DNA from: Basidiobolus meristosporus CBS 931.73
Lineage: Eukaryota; Fungi; Basidiobolomycota
Reading direction: 5' to 3'
DNA length: 64,000 nucleotides
Assembly: GCA_002104905.1 (NCBI GenBank)
Contig: MCFE01000394.1
Location: 1-64,000 of the forward strand
Part shown: positions 22,331 to 35,100 of the stretch, in pieces
How the letters are laid out: each line of letters begins with the position of its first letter
How positions within the stretch are numbered: the stretch's first letter is position 1
Program-made: the position numbers and the translations under genes
The notes under the pieces: model-generated
Seen by the model: the letters and a program-made list of their open reading frames with translations, nothing else
Database searches by the model: none
What the model was told of the DNA's origin: nothing

Positions 22331-22860
22331 TCTAAATCCCCATCATAGGTGGGCTCTGGCTACACTCCAGTGAGGTAGATGAGTTTGCAGAGATAAACAA
22401 TTTGTCTACTACAGCCTCCATGTCCTCCATAGTTGACATAGTGGATATCCCACTGACAGACAAAGTAGTAATGTCAAGTACTCAGAAGGTTATCACAATG
22501 CATTTGGTGGAACTTGATCATTAATGTTGCAGCACTTCTTCAAGAGCAGTGCTGAAGAAAATGCATGTGAATATTGCAAGTATTTATTACAAAGACTGGC
22601 AGACAAGGTGCTAGACCTTGAAGTGCCAGCTGAAGACCAGGATGTGTGGGAACCAGTGAACAAACAGTGGAAGCTGTTGGGTTCCTGCAGGAGTCATGGA
22701 AACATAGTGTTACAGCAGAAATACTTAGTGAGTGGTGGATTTCAATGGTGTTACTTGTTGAGTGTGGGGTTGGGCTTAATGTTAGTGTAAGGTATAGGGA
22801 CTTGTATAGGTCAATACAATTGACTGTTGTGGTACTACTGCAGTTTCAACAGAAATAAAT
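22330..22860 (+). mobile_element. LINE-like endonuclease fragment in the opposite orientation
   Basis: LQHFFKSSAEENACEYCKYLLQRLADKVLDL matches the 19832-20116 and 55677-55865 ORFs. Confidence 0.6.
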
Positions 22861-23399
22861 CAATTTGTGAGCATGAAATAATAACAATATTAGTTAAGTT
22901 AGGAAGTAAGGAGTGTGAAAAGAGGCAATAACCAATCAATGCACACAAATGTATGAGGTGATTGAGTGTCAAGGACTAAAACAGGGTGAACTGGCAGAGG
23001 ACCAATCAAGAGCCACTGATGTAAAGTTGTGATGAAAAATCTCAACTAAGTTTTTGTGAAATCTGAGGTGTAATTATTTTTCATTGGTCTTGGCATAGTA
23101 TTTGAAGAGGATCAACACCTCTTAGTCACCGGAGTTTAATTATGTGACAGCTTTTTGATGGGATCATCACAATCATCTGAACAGGGGCTCTACATGTACT
23201 ATCTTCCCATCCTGTCTCTGGACTATGTCCTGATTTCTACAAGCCATTGCATCTATTCTATTAGTCACTCCACCTAACTGCCTCACTATTGCTTTAGTAT
23301 GAGCTCACAACTTACTTACTAATATAGTTGGCAGTGATGTTATAATGGTCTATTATTGGTGTTCTGCAGGAGGTGTTGCACTTGGTACATTCTTATCTG

Positions 23400-23740
23400 G
23401 CAGAGCATCATGATCAGCTGACAGTTCCTCAGATATTCTCAATTGCATCCTTGACTGGCGGCTTGTGGAGTCCATATTTGTACCTGCAGTAGGCACATTG
23501 TCAACATGGTCTTTTTTGGATGTAGCCACTCTTGTTCCACAGAATATCACAGCAAGTCATTGTCCAATTGTTGTTCTGCTGCTGTTTGCCATGGGACTTG
23601 GTTTGCTTTGTTTTTTGGCAACATATATATGGAAGAGAGTCAAGCCAAAAAGGAAATAGTGCTACATATTCCTATGTATGTGGTGCCACAACTTTATTTA
23701 TAGTGCTTCCTATGGTATGTTATCATTAAATGTTACATTC
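23400..23740 (-). mobile_element. 5' fragment of the same LINE-like family
   Basis: Nucleotide similarity to 56880-57175 and 46350-46450. Confidence 0.55.
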
Positions 23741-24389
23741 ATGTGATGCAATATCTTTGATACAAGACTGTCATCCCAAGTATTAACAAAAGGTGATACA
23801 ATAGCATCACATTGTTGAGTATTAAACTGTATGTCCCATGGACAAGACTACCTTGATTCAATTGTGTAAGGGAAGGAAAAAGAGACCATGTGGTTATTGT
23901 AACATTCCTCTCAGTCATGAAGGATGAAGTCAGCATAGGAAGTATTGTAAGGATGATGGTTAGTGCATTCCCACACAAGTTATACCTGAGCACTCATCAG
24001 TCACTACTGTACCAACAATTTCTTGTCAGCCACTTATACTTTCATAGTGACAACTAGCTGAAGTGGTTGACCATTGCACACTAAGTCAGGTGAACTTGTT
24101 AAGCCATTTGGTGCACTGCAGCCCTCTCAATATGGCCAACAGAGTGATAGCTCAGAAGAAAATGATTCATTAGTTGATTGTAAGCCTATCTCCCACTACA
24201 ACTGTGCCCTGTATAAGTCCAGCAAGATCCTATTATGCAATGGGTAATACCCATGGAAAAAATGCCAGCATTACTTTACAAAGTCAAGGAAGCCCAGCAA
24301 TCCATACACTGGCAAATTATGTGATTTTGCAGCTAGAAGAGTGGCAAGTAATCTGTAATGGGAACTTTATGGACTTACTGCTACATATT

Positions 24390-25123
24390 AGACTTGTTCC
24401 GTTGGATAGTGCCACATTGAGCCATGAGTGCCAAATGATGCCATTGTGTGCCAGAGAGATCAAGTGGGCCTATACTTGGCCACAGAGTGTGAAACATAGC
24501 TCTGCATCTTCATGTAAAGCAGTCCCTGTGTTTCACCCATTGCGCAGGAGAAAATCCATTTTTTGACCTTTTTTTGTGGATTAATGTAGCTCAGGATGTG
24601 TAACTGCACAGGAGAGCTGAAGATATGCATCTGGTACTCAACACCCATGGCACTTTGACTCTAGCTCCTGTAGCTTGTATCATGTCACAAAAATGAATGG
24701 CACTATCTTGGTCCACTGGTACTATCTGGCACAATAAGTGCTTTGTATAGATCTTACTTTAGGGCTAATATTTAAATATAGCGCCAGATAGTACCAGTGG
24801 ACCAAGAGAGTGCCATTCATTTTTGTGACATGATACAAGCTACAGGAGCTAGATTCAGAGTGCCATGGGTATTGAGTACCAGATGCATATCTTCAATCTG
24901 CTTGTGCTCTAACACATCCTGCACAACATTGATCCAAAAAAAAAGATCAAAAAATGGATTTTCTCCAACACAATGGGTGAAACACAGGGGCTGCTTTGCA
25001 TGAAGATGCAGAGCTATGTTTCACACTCTGTAGCCAGGTAGAGGCTCACTTGGCCTCTTTGGCACACTATGGCATCATTTGGCACTCATGGCTCAATGTG
25101 GCACTATCCAACGGAACAAGTCT
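24390..25123. mobile_element. 734-bp fold-back MITE, copy 1, ATT target duplication
   Basis: Termini AGACTTGTTCCGTTGGATAGTGCC and their reverse complement; about 340-bp inverted arms around an AT-rich spacer of about 45-50 bp; ATT at 24387-24389 and 25124-25126. Confidence 0.95.
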
Positions 25124-26583
25124 ATTGCCAAAACCATTTTGATATATTGGACAAACGAATGACCATCAAGCAGCTTGCAACATATCATCCAGAGACCATC
25201 CTGGTACAAGTATGCATGAACAGTTGAATGGCACTTCTGACCACCCTTGCAAGGTGTCCAGCTTGTCAGGAGTCCACCATCACAAGAAGAAAACATTGCT
25301 CACACTCCAGCAATTATCTAGTAATAACTGTCAAATAAGCTCATGCAGTCCAGTAAATAATCTGAAGTTATCAAGTACTGTAGTTAGTATGAATCAGGTG
25401 CAACCATCTCCAAAATACTTAGTAGCAAAGATTGCAATCAATGAGGAAGCAAGAGCAATTTGAAAATATACATGAACACGCATTCGCCTTGGCTCTTGAT
25501 GGATACTCTTGAGACAAGTACTCCACCAGCATATTATGTTGGCCTCTGATTCTCATCAACCTCAAGCTGCCCCTAATTCTACAATATAGGAGTAGTGGTT
25601 TGATGGTAGTATCACTGATTTTGAGGCTTTTATCACTGTCCAATTAGGGTAGCAACCTGTATCCTTTGCAGAATGAATTTCTATGCTAACCAACAGGATA
25701 CCAGTAAGTAGCTGTCATATTAAAATAAATATTCTTATCTGTATTAGAACACATCAGCCATCAGCACAATAGCTTGCTTTTCCCGGTACAATGAACAGTA
25801 TGGCTGCTGAATGTGTGTGATTCAGGGTATTCACTCCATAGCTCACACATGTTATTGTTATACAAACACTGATACTAAGAGCATCATCTTACCATGGATA
25901 GTAAATACAGAAGTCAGCATGCATTAGCAGCATGCTGGCAAAATATAAGCTATTGGCCTGAATAAGGAATTAATCATAATTGGAGATACTCCAGATAGGG
26001 AATACCTGTTTGTGCAAAAGTTTTTCACTAGGAGCAATGCATTTGCTGTTCAATAATATCCCTATACAGATGACCAAATTGTAGATGGTGCATATCAAGC
26101 TAAATGAGGCCTTTGAGAAACTGGAAAAATTTTAAATAATTGGCAAGATATTACAGAGTATCCACCACTGTAAGTACTTCTCACAGGCTACACTCAACAT
26201 TTATACACATATGCAACAATACAAGTGCAAGGACTGAATGAACTGGATATGTATTTATTCAAGTGACCTTCTGAAGTCATTTCCTTTTGAGTAATAACCC
26301 TATACTAAAGACTAAGCTCTATATGCGGCACTTCTAGTTAAACAAACTGTTTGAGGTACCAGAGAAACTTGAAAGAATTGCTCAGATGTTGCAGAGTATC
26401 CAGTGCCCAAAGTACTTCTCAACAGCTCCAGTTAATATTTGTATGCATATTTGGCAGTGGAGAACATGGACTGGATGAGCTGGGTACAGATTTATTGATG
26501 TGGCCTTCTGATGCAATATCAGCCTAGAGTACATTGGAAGCCTTGGCTGTCATATGCTGGTATGGTGGGAGTAATTACATAAT

Positions 26584-26794
26584 AGACTTGTTCCATTGTG
26601 CCATTGATCATAGTGCAAGAAAGTGCTCTATATTTTGTTATTAATTTGATATTTTAGGGTCATATGCATGTCAATTTTGATCCCAAATTGGCACTGTATG
26701 GCACCTTCTGGCACTCTGTGGCACAATCAGGCACCATCTGGCATGCTAGGGCACTATTGGGCACTATGATCAGCTGGAATGATGGAACAAGTCT
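26584..26794. mobile_element. 211-bp MITE sharing the AGACTTGTTCC termini, AAT target duplication
   Basis: AAT|AGACTTGTTCC ... GGAACAAGTCT|AAT; eight GGCAC-type motifs at 10-bp spacing. Confidence 0.9.
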
Positions 26795-29594
26795 AATAGC
26801 TGCTCACCAATGCCAACTTATTGCATCTAGAGCTTTTATGCAAGGGTTCTGCAATAGGTTCTGAGTGGGAATACTTCAAGCATAAAGCTGAATACCTAAA
26901 CTTTTACTGCTACTGTATTCATTTTCTATTCCATGTTGCCTGGTGTGAGGAGAATATTGAGCCATACTCAACCTTTGGGAATTTTCTATGGAGCAGATGT
27001 ATGAGGAGATAGGAGCGCAAGTCAGGTTGCAAGTAAAGACATAGCCTATTGTCATCAAGATTATAACATCCAAGCCCATTACAAATATCATGAGCTGACA
27101 TTCAGAGAAAAACTAGAAGGATTTGTAGCTACCAGCTTAGATGTGCACCTGCAGACATCAATGCCTTAGCATTAAGAAGCTAAGCAGCCCCAATGCATGG
27201 ATAATCAGTTAAGGAATGCAAGGTTGGGTTAAATACAATAAGTAACTAATATTTACTTGGACAACTTATCCATAGTTTGCTTATCATACAGAACCAGTTG
27301 TAGCTCCTGTAATGCTGTTACAATGACAACAGATGTCTGCATTACAGCTGTCCAGACACTGTGCTATTTCTTCTCATTTACTGCACTTGCATGCATTGGC
27401 TGGTTAGGCCTGCTCAAACAAATATTGACAACATTGAGAGCTTTAAATGCCATGTAATGCCTGCAAAAGAGCTGTTAAAACACTTTCCAGTTTCTTACTC
27501 CACCTGACAGTAATTGAGCAAAATACTTTCACAATCACACAATACAATTGTGAATAGGGTCAATAGTTCCAAGCTGCTGGTATTATGGTTTTCTAGTGGT
27601 GGGGCTTTGTCAGCTTATCAGAATTGGATCCACTCAGTAGACCATGCTCCCTTCATAGGGGGGTATAGATTCCACTGCTGTACAAAGCAAAAATGCTAAG
27701 AAAGTTTTGTACTATCACAAAGCCCATAATGGAGTTTAGAGACCATAACAGGCACATCACAATGTCACAGCACTTCTCCAACAGTTGTACTTAAGAAAAC
27801 TCCCTTCAATATTACATGGACTCATTGCTAATACTAGCGCATGAGTTGCCAAACCTTGCATTGCTGGCTGAAGACAAGGACTTATACAAAATAGTGGAGA
27901 TACAACATCATAAAGTCATGGGACTCCAGTTAAATTCATGGGCAAATGATACTATGGCAGAGATACTTACCTAATAGTGGATTTGAATAAAGTTGCTGGT
28001 AGAATTTGAGGTATGGTTAGTTGCTGGTGCTGAGTACAGGGACTTTATAGATCACTTCAGTTAATAATTGATATACAACAAGTGATTCAACAGACAGAGG
28101 CTAAATTATGTGCATGAAGAGTAAGTGCACTGTTTATCAGGAAATAAGGAATGCAAAAGCAAGGCAATAGCCAGTCAACGTTTACATATTTAGATGATGA
28201 TCAAGTGTTTGGGACTGAAAAGTTAGAGAAATGGTAGAAACCAATTAAAAACAACCTTATGGCTGTTGTAATGAAAAATTTTGACAATGTTTTTTGCAAA
28301 ATCTCAGGTGCAGCTTTTCAACAATCATGAATAGTGTCCTAAAGACTGTAGTACCTCCTAGTCATGGGATTTGAACTGTGTAATGGCTATTGGATGGCAT
28401 GATGACAATAATTTCTTAGAGCCTGCCCCAGCTATTCAAGTAGTGAAGCTTTGTCAGCAGTGAAGTCAGATGTTTCTCTGCACTAATAGAGTCATAGGTA
28501 GCACCAGGGTTGTACACTAGTGCATTCTTGGCATACAGCTCCATAATGTATATACAGATGACATCATGCAAATTAGTACATATACAAGCTTATACCAGTA
28601 TACAAACTTTCTAAGCATGCTATTGATGATGAATGTACTAAGCTTCTTGAAGTCTTATTAATGCAAAGTGCATGTGCTGCTGATTCCACTGAAATATTGC
28701 CAGCCAAAGCTGCCATTATCAAGGGTGGGGCAGATATATTAGTTATGTTGGTAAACAACTTACAACCACTGTTTGATGCTTTCCTTGATGTTTTGAGTTG
28801 CTTGGGAATGCCCAGAGTATGCAGGCTCAAAGGATAGATCAAAATTAAAAATATCCAGTATGAAACATAGACTGTAGAAGGTATAGTTACCGTGGGGATG
28901 CAATCAGCAACTGCAGAGTCATTGCTCCTGGAGCTGCAGATAGCAGACTCATCACATGTGTCATGAACATAAGATCTGGGTTATATTTTTTGTCAAGAGC
29001 TGCAGCAGCTTGGCAAAGGTCTCCATCATCATTGAGATTGCATAGTGAGTTGACCATATGAAAGGTGGCATGTGCTTGGCCTCAATGGATAGTAGTAATA
29101 AGAACTTTGCATGAGCTACAGTGTAAGTGCAGAGTTAACCTTATTTGATTGCTTTTATCTGCACTTAAAAGGGTGCTTGATTGAAAGTAGCATAGCACTC
29201 CTCTATTGAGGCTGAGTCAATGAAGCAGCTGTGTAACCAAACTCTAATTGAAAAATGGACTAAAGCCTCACTGTAGGAGTTCCTGGATACTGTTGAGTTA
29301 GAGCAAAGGTGAGATAACATATGTGTTATACACTACTATCATCAAGATATGAAGTGTGAGCATAAACCAACTGTATCTAATATACAAGGCTGAAGGATTT
29401 CATCAATATTGAGTGTAGAAACTAGACTTGCTCTGTTTGATGGTAACACATAGTGCCAGCCTGTTTATGGTGCCAGATTGATCTGGCACTATCTGCACTA
29501 TGGTAGAAACCATAGTGCCAGTGTTAGGATATAGTTGCTGGTAATTTTACTCAATCTTACTTTGTTGCTCAGAATAGTACTTTCCTTGCTTTAT

Positions 29595-30245
29595 TCACTC
29601 TTCATAATGCTCCAGACACATATCTCTCAGTGGATGTATTTGGAAATGAATATGCTGTGCACTGATAAGTATCTTAAAAGTTTTACTTATTCTGCTGTTT
29701 CCTCCTACATATGGCTTGCCTCTGCATTTACCTGCCAATGTGCTGAATGTCTTCAGATATCCATATGTATGCTCTACCCTTGCTCTGAAATGATTAAACA
29801 TCTCATTGTAGAGCTTCTGCTTCCGGCTAAGCACACCATTACATGGCTTCCTATAAGCTGTAAAGCATCCTAATCTCTGACAGTCCTCTTCTATATAAGC
29901 TAAGTCTGCCATCACATTTCCCCCCATACTGAATTCTGGTTGATTCTCTACCTAGAGTGCTTTGTCATGCCTAATTCCAGCAAATTACCCAGTAAACCAG
30001 ATAATGACACCCTCAGTATCAGACAGTTCTTGAAACTTCACACAGTGTGCCTTGTACTTGCCTGAATAAAAGTGCCATTGCCCTCTATAAGGTCTGTTGA
30101 TCCTGACTTGGAAGGTATCCAAAATATTCCTTACATGGAACCTACTGCTGAGCACTCTGGGATATGGAAGTCTATTGGTGCTTCTGAACCTGTTACTCCA
30201 AGCTTGCTCTAAATCATTCATACCCTTGGAAAGGAGAATCTTCAT
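29595..30245 (-). pseudogene. DDE_Tnp_4-type (Harbinger-like) transposase remnant
   Basis: ILDTF..INRP..GQ..FYSGKYKAHCVKFQ...D..G.II; MADLAY; YRKP.NG.LS.KQK.YN....H.RA.VEH.YG.LK.F..L. Confidence 0.9.
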
Positions 30246-30342
30246 TGCTTTCAGCTAGGGATGAAAGCTTCTGCAACTAATGTTGCCATGGATAGTGGGA
30301 TGGAACCTTGCAATGGTTCTTGTAATAGCAGTGAAGCTTAAC

Positions 30343-30709
30343 TGTTACAAGTCTTGGTATAAGAGTTGTAGAGGGATAGAGAGTTCAGCCAGTCTTGTAT
30401 TCATTAAAACATGAACTGATCTTTATTGAGGTTCCAGCAGCTCCTTATATACATTATGCCAGATCAATTGCTGACTTATTCTATTTCCTAATATAGGCTG
30501 TGGCTGATACTCATTTGATTGCATCATTATCACCCAATAAGATCCTACTTGATATATCTACTTCTGTCTGGTAAGGATCTGCTGATTCATTTGCTGAATA
30601 ATGCTACTGATTTGATGGATACTATTGATATACTGATAAGGTACACATATAACTAATTGATTTGACTAAAAACTGATCTAACTTAAACATTCAGGCAGTA
30701 GACCATTAA
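30343..30709 (-). mobile_element. Solo LTR of the gypsy family at 46.5-55.6 kb, inserted in the PHIS element
   Basis: Similar to the LTR at 55282-55646; flanks TTAAC and TTAGC form a near-perfect 5-bp target duplication. Confidence 0.85.
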
Positions 30710-32933
30710 TTAGCAAGGAATCTCCTTGAGTAGGATGCGGTAGATGGTCAACAGTATTTGGTATAGATCTCCTCTAGTGTGCTAAAAGAGAATCCAGTGC
30801 TAGTGATGGGATTGATGAAAAAGGACCATTTGGATGAGTAAGTCATTTTAAGATTAGTAAGTGATTGAACTGAGGTTACTATGGTCCCAATGCCAAGTCT
30901 CAACTCATCATCAGTACCACCTAGCCAAAACCCATCCACCAACTTACAAGCATTGTCCAGACTGAAGAGGTCAATGTTGGATCTGTTTGCATTCTTGCTA
31001 AATAATTATAGTATGGCCCAAGTGTCTATGATGAGCCTTCATACAGATATTTGGGTTCTACTCATTAATCTAGCAGAACCAGATACCTCAGAGAGTCAAC
31101 AGAAATGGAACATCCTGAGTTGAAAGCTGTGGAATGAGTTCTACATCAAGTAGCCAGCATATGTATGTACAAAGATGTATAACCAGACAAGTACTGAAAT
31201 CAAGAATGAGCTGAGAGTGAGGGGATTTGATGATGAAGCCATGCAGGAACACTTTTGCGTGCAATTAGCTCAGTACAGGCCTGGTGCATCCATTTGTACT
31301 TTAACTTTGGGAACCAAAGAGATCTTGAATGAGTTTTTGCCTCAAATGACTGATGTGCTATATGATATATTGGTAGAGTTAAGTGGCTTCCAAGAGCAAT
31401 ATACACAAAGCTCATCCAGGCAACAGTTCCAAGTATCAGACACAGGGTAGGTGAGTACCTTGAGGAATCAGAAGGTGAGCTTCAACAGGAAGAATACAGA
31501 CTGCAAGCAACAGTGTCCAGATTGTGCCAGCACACCTTGCTGGATTCCTTACTATCCCTTGCAACTTCTGCGTGCTGGCACATGTCAGTCCACGCTATGC
31601 CAACACCCTTCACAAGAGTGCCCTGCATTGAGTCAATGCGTGTTGGGTCCATGTGTGCACTTCTGTGCAAAACCATCAGAACTTGCCAAACTGCTTATTT
31701 AGACACAAGTCCATTAGAGCAGGCCAAGTTGTGTCAACAGACAGCATCATATCAAACTCAGCCAAGGGCCATGCTGGCTCATCATGTTGTGCCTGCACAT
31801 GCCATTGAACCTGACCATCAGCAAGTTACTTCCGGGGAACTTACTGATGATGACCAGCACAAAGTGCCTCTACCACCAGAGCCAGTGGCAAGTAAAAGAA
31901 CACGTCATCATGTAGCACTGCAGGCCAGTTCAGTAACATCACCTGGAGCAATTAAGCATGGTCAAGCTGCAGCATTGCACTCATCAACTAAGAGGCAAAG
32001 TACTGACTACAAATATGCAAGTAGCCAAGAGGATAGTCAACAAGGAAGAAGTTTAGGTGTGCAAAGTGAATTACTACCAAATGCTTCAGTAGTAATCCCT
32101 GTGAGAAAAAAACCTAGGAGAAGTTGAAGCAATTGCTATTGTTTGTGATCATCCAATCAATGCTTTTTTTTTTGAGATCCAAATCAAGCCATTGCAATTC
32201 AATGATCACTAAAATTTTGATGTAAGTAATATCAAGGTTGTCTCACATTTCAAACAGAACCCCTTTGAATAAATACCCTGCATTTATATACATCATCTGT
32301 AGCACCAGTGCAGCCATCTGACATGTTTTGCACCTATCCATTTATTCACTTGCTAGCTATGACACCTTATCCAATCACTAGGATCAGGGATTTACTTGCT
32401 GAATGACCAAAATGGGATATTTGGTGGCAAATCAGGTAGCTTGTATAATGGTCAAAGAGCCAATTGGGGGCTGACAGCTTCATGATATTTTTGGCTCAAT
32501 TAACCACAGAGATACCATAAAATTGGAGTGATAGTAACCAAAATGATATGTATCAGTGTAGTTTATAGTGTGATATGCATTTATTTCATTTACATAAAAG
32601 AAATACATCCAAATATAGGATCTTACCTACCATATTAGTGGTGTCCAATTGCACATGTGATGTAAATATTACTAGTAGGTGTGATCATCCACGCCAACCT
32701 CATCATGTCAAATTGTACCATAGCGTACAAGGTTATCCCACTTGGTGCAAAATTGTCCAAGAGTGGTCCTGCATACTGGTAGCTACAATATTGCACCCAA
32801 CTGTTCTTAGAGACTGTGGATTACACTGTGCACCCTGGTATGGTACAATGGATTAAGTCTATTTGCTGAGGGGGTACTATGTGTTGTAGAAGCTTTAGCA
32901 CCATAATAATCATACAAATCAATTACTTAAATC

Positions 32934-33302
32934 TGTTACAATTCAAGAACTGATTTGAATATAAGGAACTTATCAAGAAATAGTGATGATAGTTAAACTG
33001 TTGTTTATTAATAAAGAAGCTCATTATTTATACCTTTGTAGAGGAAATATAGCTCTAACACTAAGCAAGGAGGATTTCTCAATATTCAGGAGCATTCTGC
33101 AACAGTTTCAGGGTTAGTACATAATAGTTAGCATTAGTGCTAATTTGATCCCAACTATAGGGGAATAATCATAAGATTGTAGATCTGAAGAAAGTGGCAA
33201 AGTTAGAGCTGTGAATTAGTCCCACAGTGACCAAGACTATTCCAGAATTGCCAAGTAAACTTTTAGCTGCTGAATGATACCAAATAGTTCAGTATTCCAG
33301 CA
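32934..33302 (-). mobile_element. Solo LTR of the copia family at 40.2-43.8 kb
   Basis: TG...CA ends, similar to 40232-40600, perfect 5-bp target duplication AAATC. Confidence 0.92.
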
Positions 33303-33596
33303 AAATCAGTACTAGCTATCCAAGAAAACTTTGGGTGGATTCTTAATAGAACTTACCTAAGACATTTTCACCCAGAAATCAGGTACTCTGAACATTGAGC
33401 TTCTTGTGATTTCCTAACCTTGAACATATGTTTCTGTGATAAACCTTGACATATTCTGCTTGTTTGATTGTCACGATCTTGTAACAGTGTAGGCAGTACT
33501 TAACATTGTTTTAATCAATATGTGAGCATCTTGCGACCTACTTGCTCTTGGGAGCCGAATATGTGGCTGTCATAATGCCAGCAGCTTACAATTATT

Positions 33597-34330
33597 AGAC
33601 TTGATCCGTTGGATAGTACCACATTGAGCTATGAGGGCCAAATGATGCCATAGTGTGCCTGGGAGGCTAAGTGAGCCTAAACTTGGCCACAGAGTGTGAA
33701 ACATAGCTCTTCATCTTCATGCAGAGCAGCCCCTGTGTTTCACCCATTGAGTTGGAGAAAATCCATTTTTTGACATTTTTTTTTTGGATCAATGTTGTGC
33801 ATGATGTGTAAGAGGACAGAAGGACTGAAGACATGCATCTGGTACTCAATACCCATGGCACTCTGAATCTAGCTCCTGTAGCGTATATCATGTCACAAAA
33901 ATGAATGGCACTATCTTGGTCCATTGGTACTATCTGGCACTATATTTAAATATTAGCCCTAAAGTAAGACCTATACAAAGCACTTATAGTGCCATATAGT
34001 ACCAGTGAACCAAGATAGTGCCATTCATTTTTGTGACATGATATACGCTACAGGAGCTAGATTCAGAGTGCCATGGGTATTGAGTACCAGATGCATGTCT
34101 TCAGTCCTTCTGTCCTTTTACACATCATGCACAACATTGATCCAAAAAAAAGGCCAAAAAATGGATTTTCTCCAACACAATGGGTGAAACACAGGGGCTG
34201 CTTTGCATGAAGATGCAGAGCTATGTTCCACACTCTGGGGCCAAGTTTAGGTCTACTATGCCTCTCTGGCACGTAATGGCACTATTTGGCACTCATGGCT
34301 GAATGTGGCACTATCCAACAGAGCAAGTCT
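33597..34330. mobile_element. 734-bp fold-back MITE, copy 2, ATT target duplication
   Basis: ATT|AGACTTGATCC ... GAGCAAGTCT|ATT. Confidence 0.95.
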
Positions 34331-34334
34331 ATTG

Positions 34335-35100
34335 ACCCTCTACTTAATACTACAGCAGGTTTGTTTTAACATTTTGCTGGTTTATTGCCCAATAAGCTAC
34401 AACACTTTATGGTGTCTGAACAGTATTTTGGCTAGACTTATACAACATTTTGATAGTCTTATTGCAATTATATTTGTCTGAGTAGACTCAACAGGCTCAT
34501 CCATACAATTGCCTTATATGACAAAAAATTGGACAGTGTTTTGTCACCTACTTTGTGGATCCTGGCTGACATTTTGAGGGCAGTACAACAGCCTACAGCA
34601 AGTCCTGTCTTATGCTGCTGTACCAATATATAAATGAAATTCCCTTTTTCTGGCTCTCCATGCACCTTTCAAATGATGCACATTGAAATCACTTCTCCTT
34701 GTATTCCTGCCTACTACTTTCTAGGGTAAGTAACAGATACCTTGAATTAAGAGATGCTAGCACTTCCTGCTAACTACTGCAATTGACACACTTGGAAACC
34801 TCAGCCTTACTGCTCTCAATTTGATACTGGCAAAGTTGCTAAATACCTTGTATGGCTGGTTATATATTAATTTTGCAAACATATGCTGGATTGCTGTCAC
34901 TTTAGCCATTAGTACATCCTGAGTTACTGCAAAGTACTCTCTGGCACTTAGCCATAGTATTCCTTCTTCCTGCTGGATCTGGGACTCTTGTAGGTGCCCT
35001 CTGGCTCTTGTTTGTGTGAGTTCTGTATTGAAAGATGTGGAAATTGGTTTGTAATCAGGAAAGACCTAGCATAATATAGTAAAGGCATCATAAGAAAATT
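34335..35100 (-). mobile_element. LINE-like ORF2 C-terminal fragment
   Basis: Similar to 21580-22330 and, inverted, to 57370-57640. Confidence 0.5.

Larger units (their letters stand above)
29424..32860. mobile_element. Decayed autonomous-type PHIS (PIF/Harbinger-superfamily) DNA transposon with two divergent ORFs
   Basis: Left end ACT|AGACTTGCTCTGTTTG; probable right end ATGGATTAAGTCT|ATT. Transposase on the minus strand; second ORF remnants on the plus strand (about 30.75-32.13 kb); GTGCCA/GGCACT subterminal motifs at 29450-29520. Right-end assignment is less certain than the left. Confidence 0.75.

Noticed and set aside
24460-25003. Recurring MDQDSAIHFCDMI... ORFs (also at 33.7, 34.0, 50.1, 50.3 and 58.1 kb)
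   Set aside because: They are chance frames in the MITE arms, with variable ends and frameshifts.
24388-25125. Tc1/mariner (TA duplication) assignment for the MITE
   Set aside because: TA appears at both ends, but the nested insertion with a known empty site shows a 3-bp AAT duplication and A...T termini.
28140-28260. Isolated FTYLDDDQVFG, resembling an RT YLDD motif
   Set aside because: No other RT motifs could be read around it, so the element cannot be classified.
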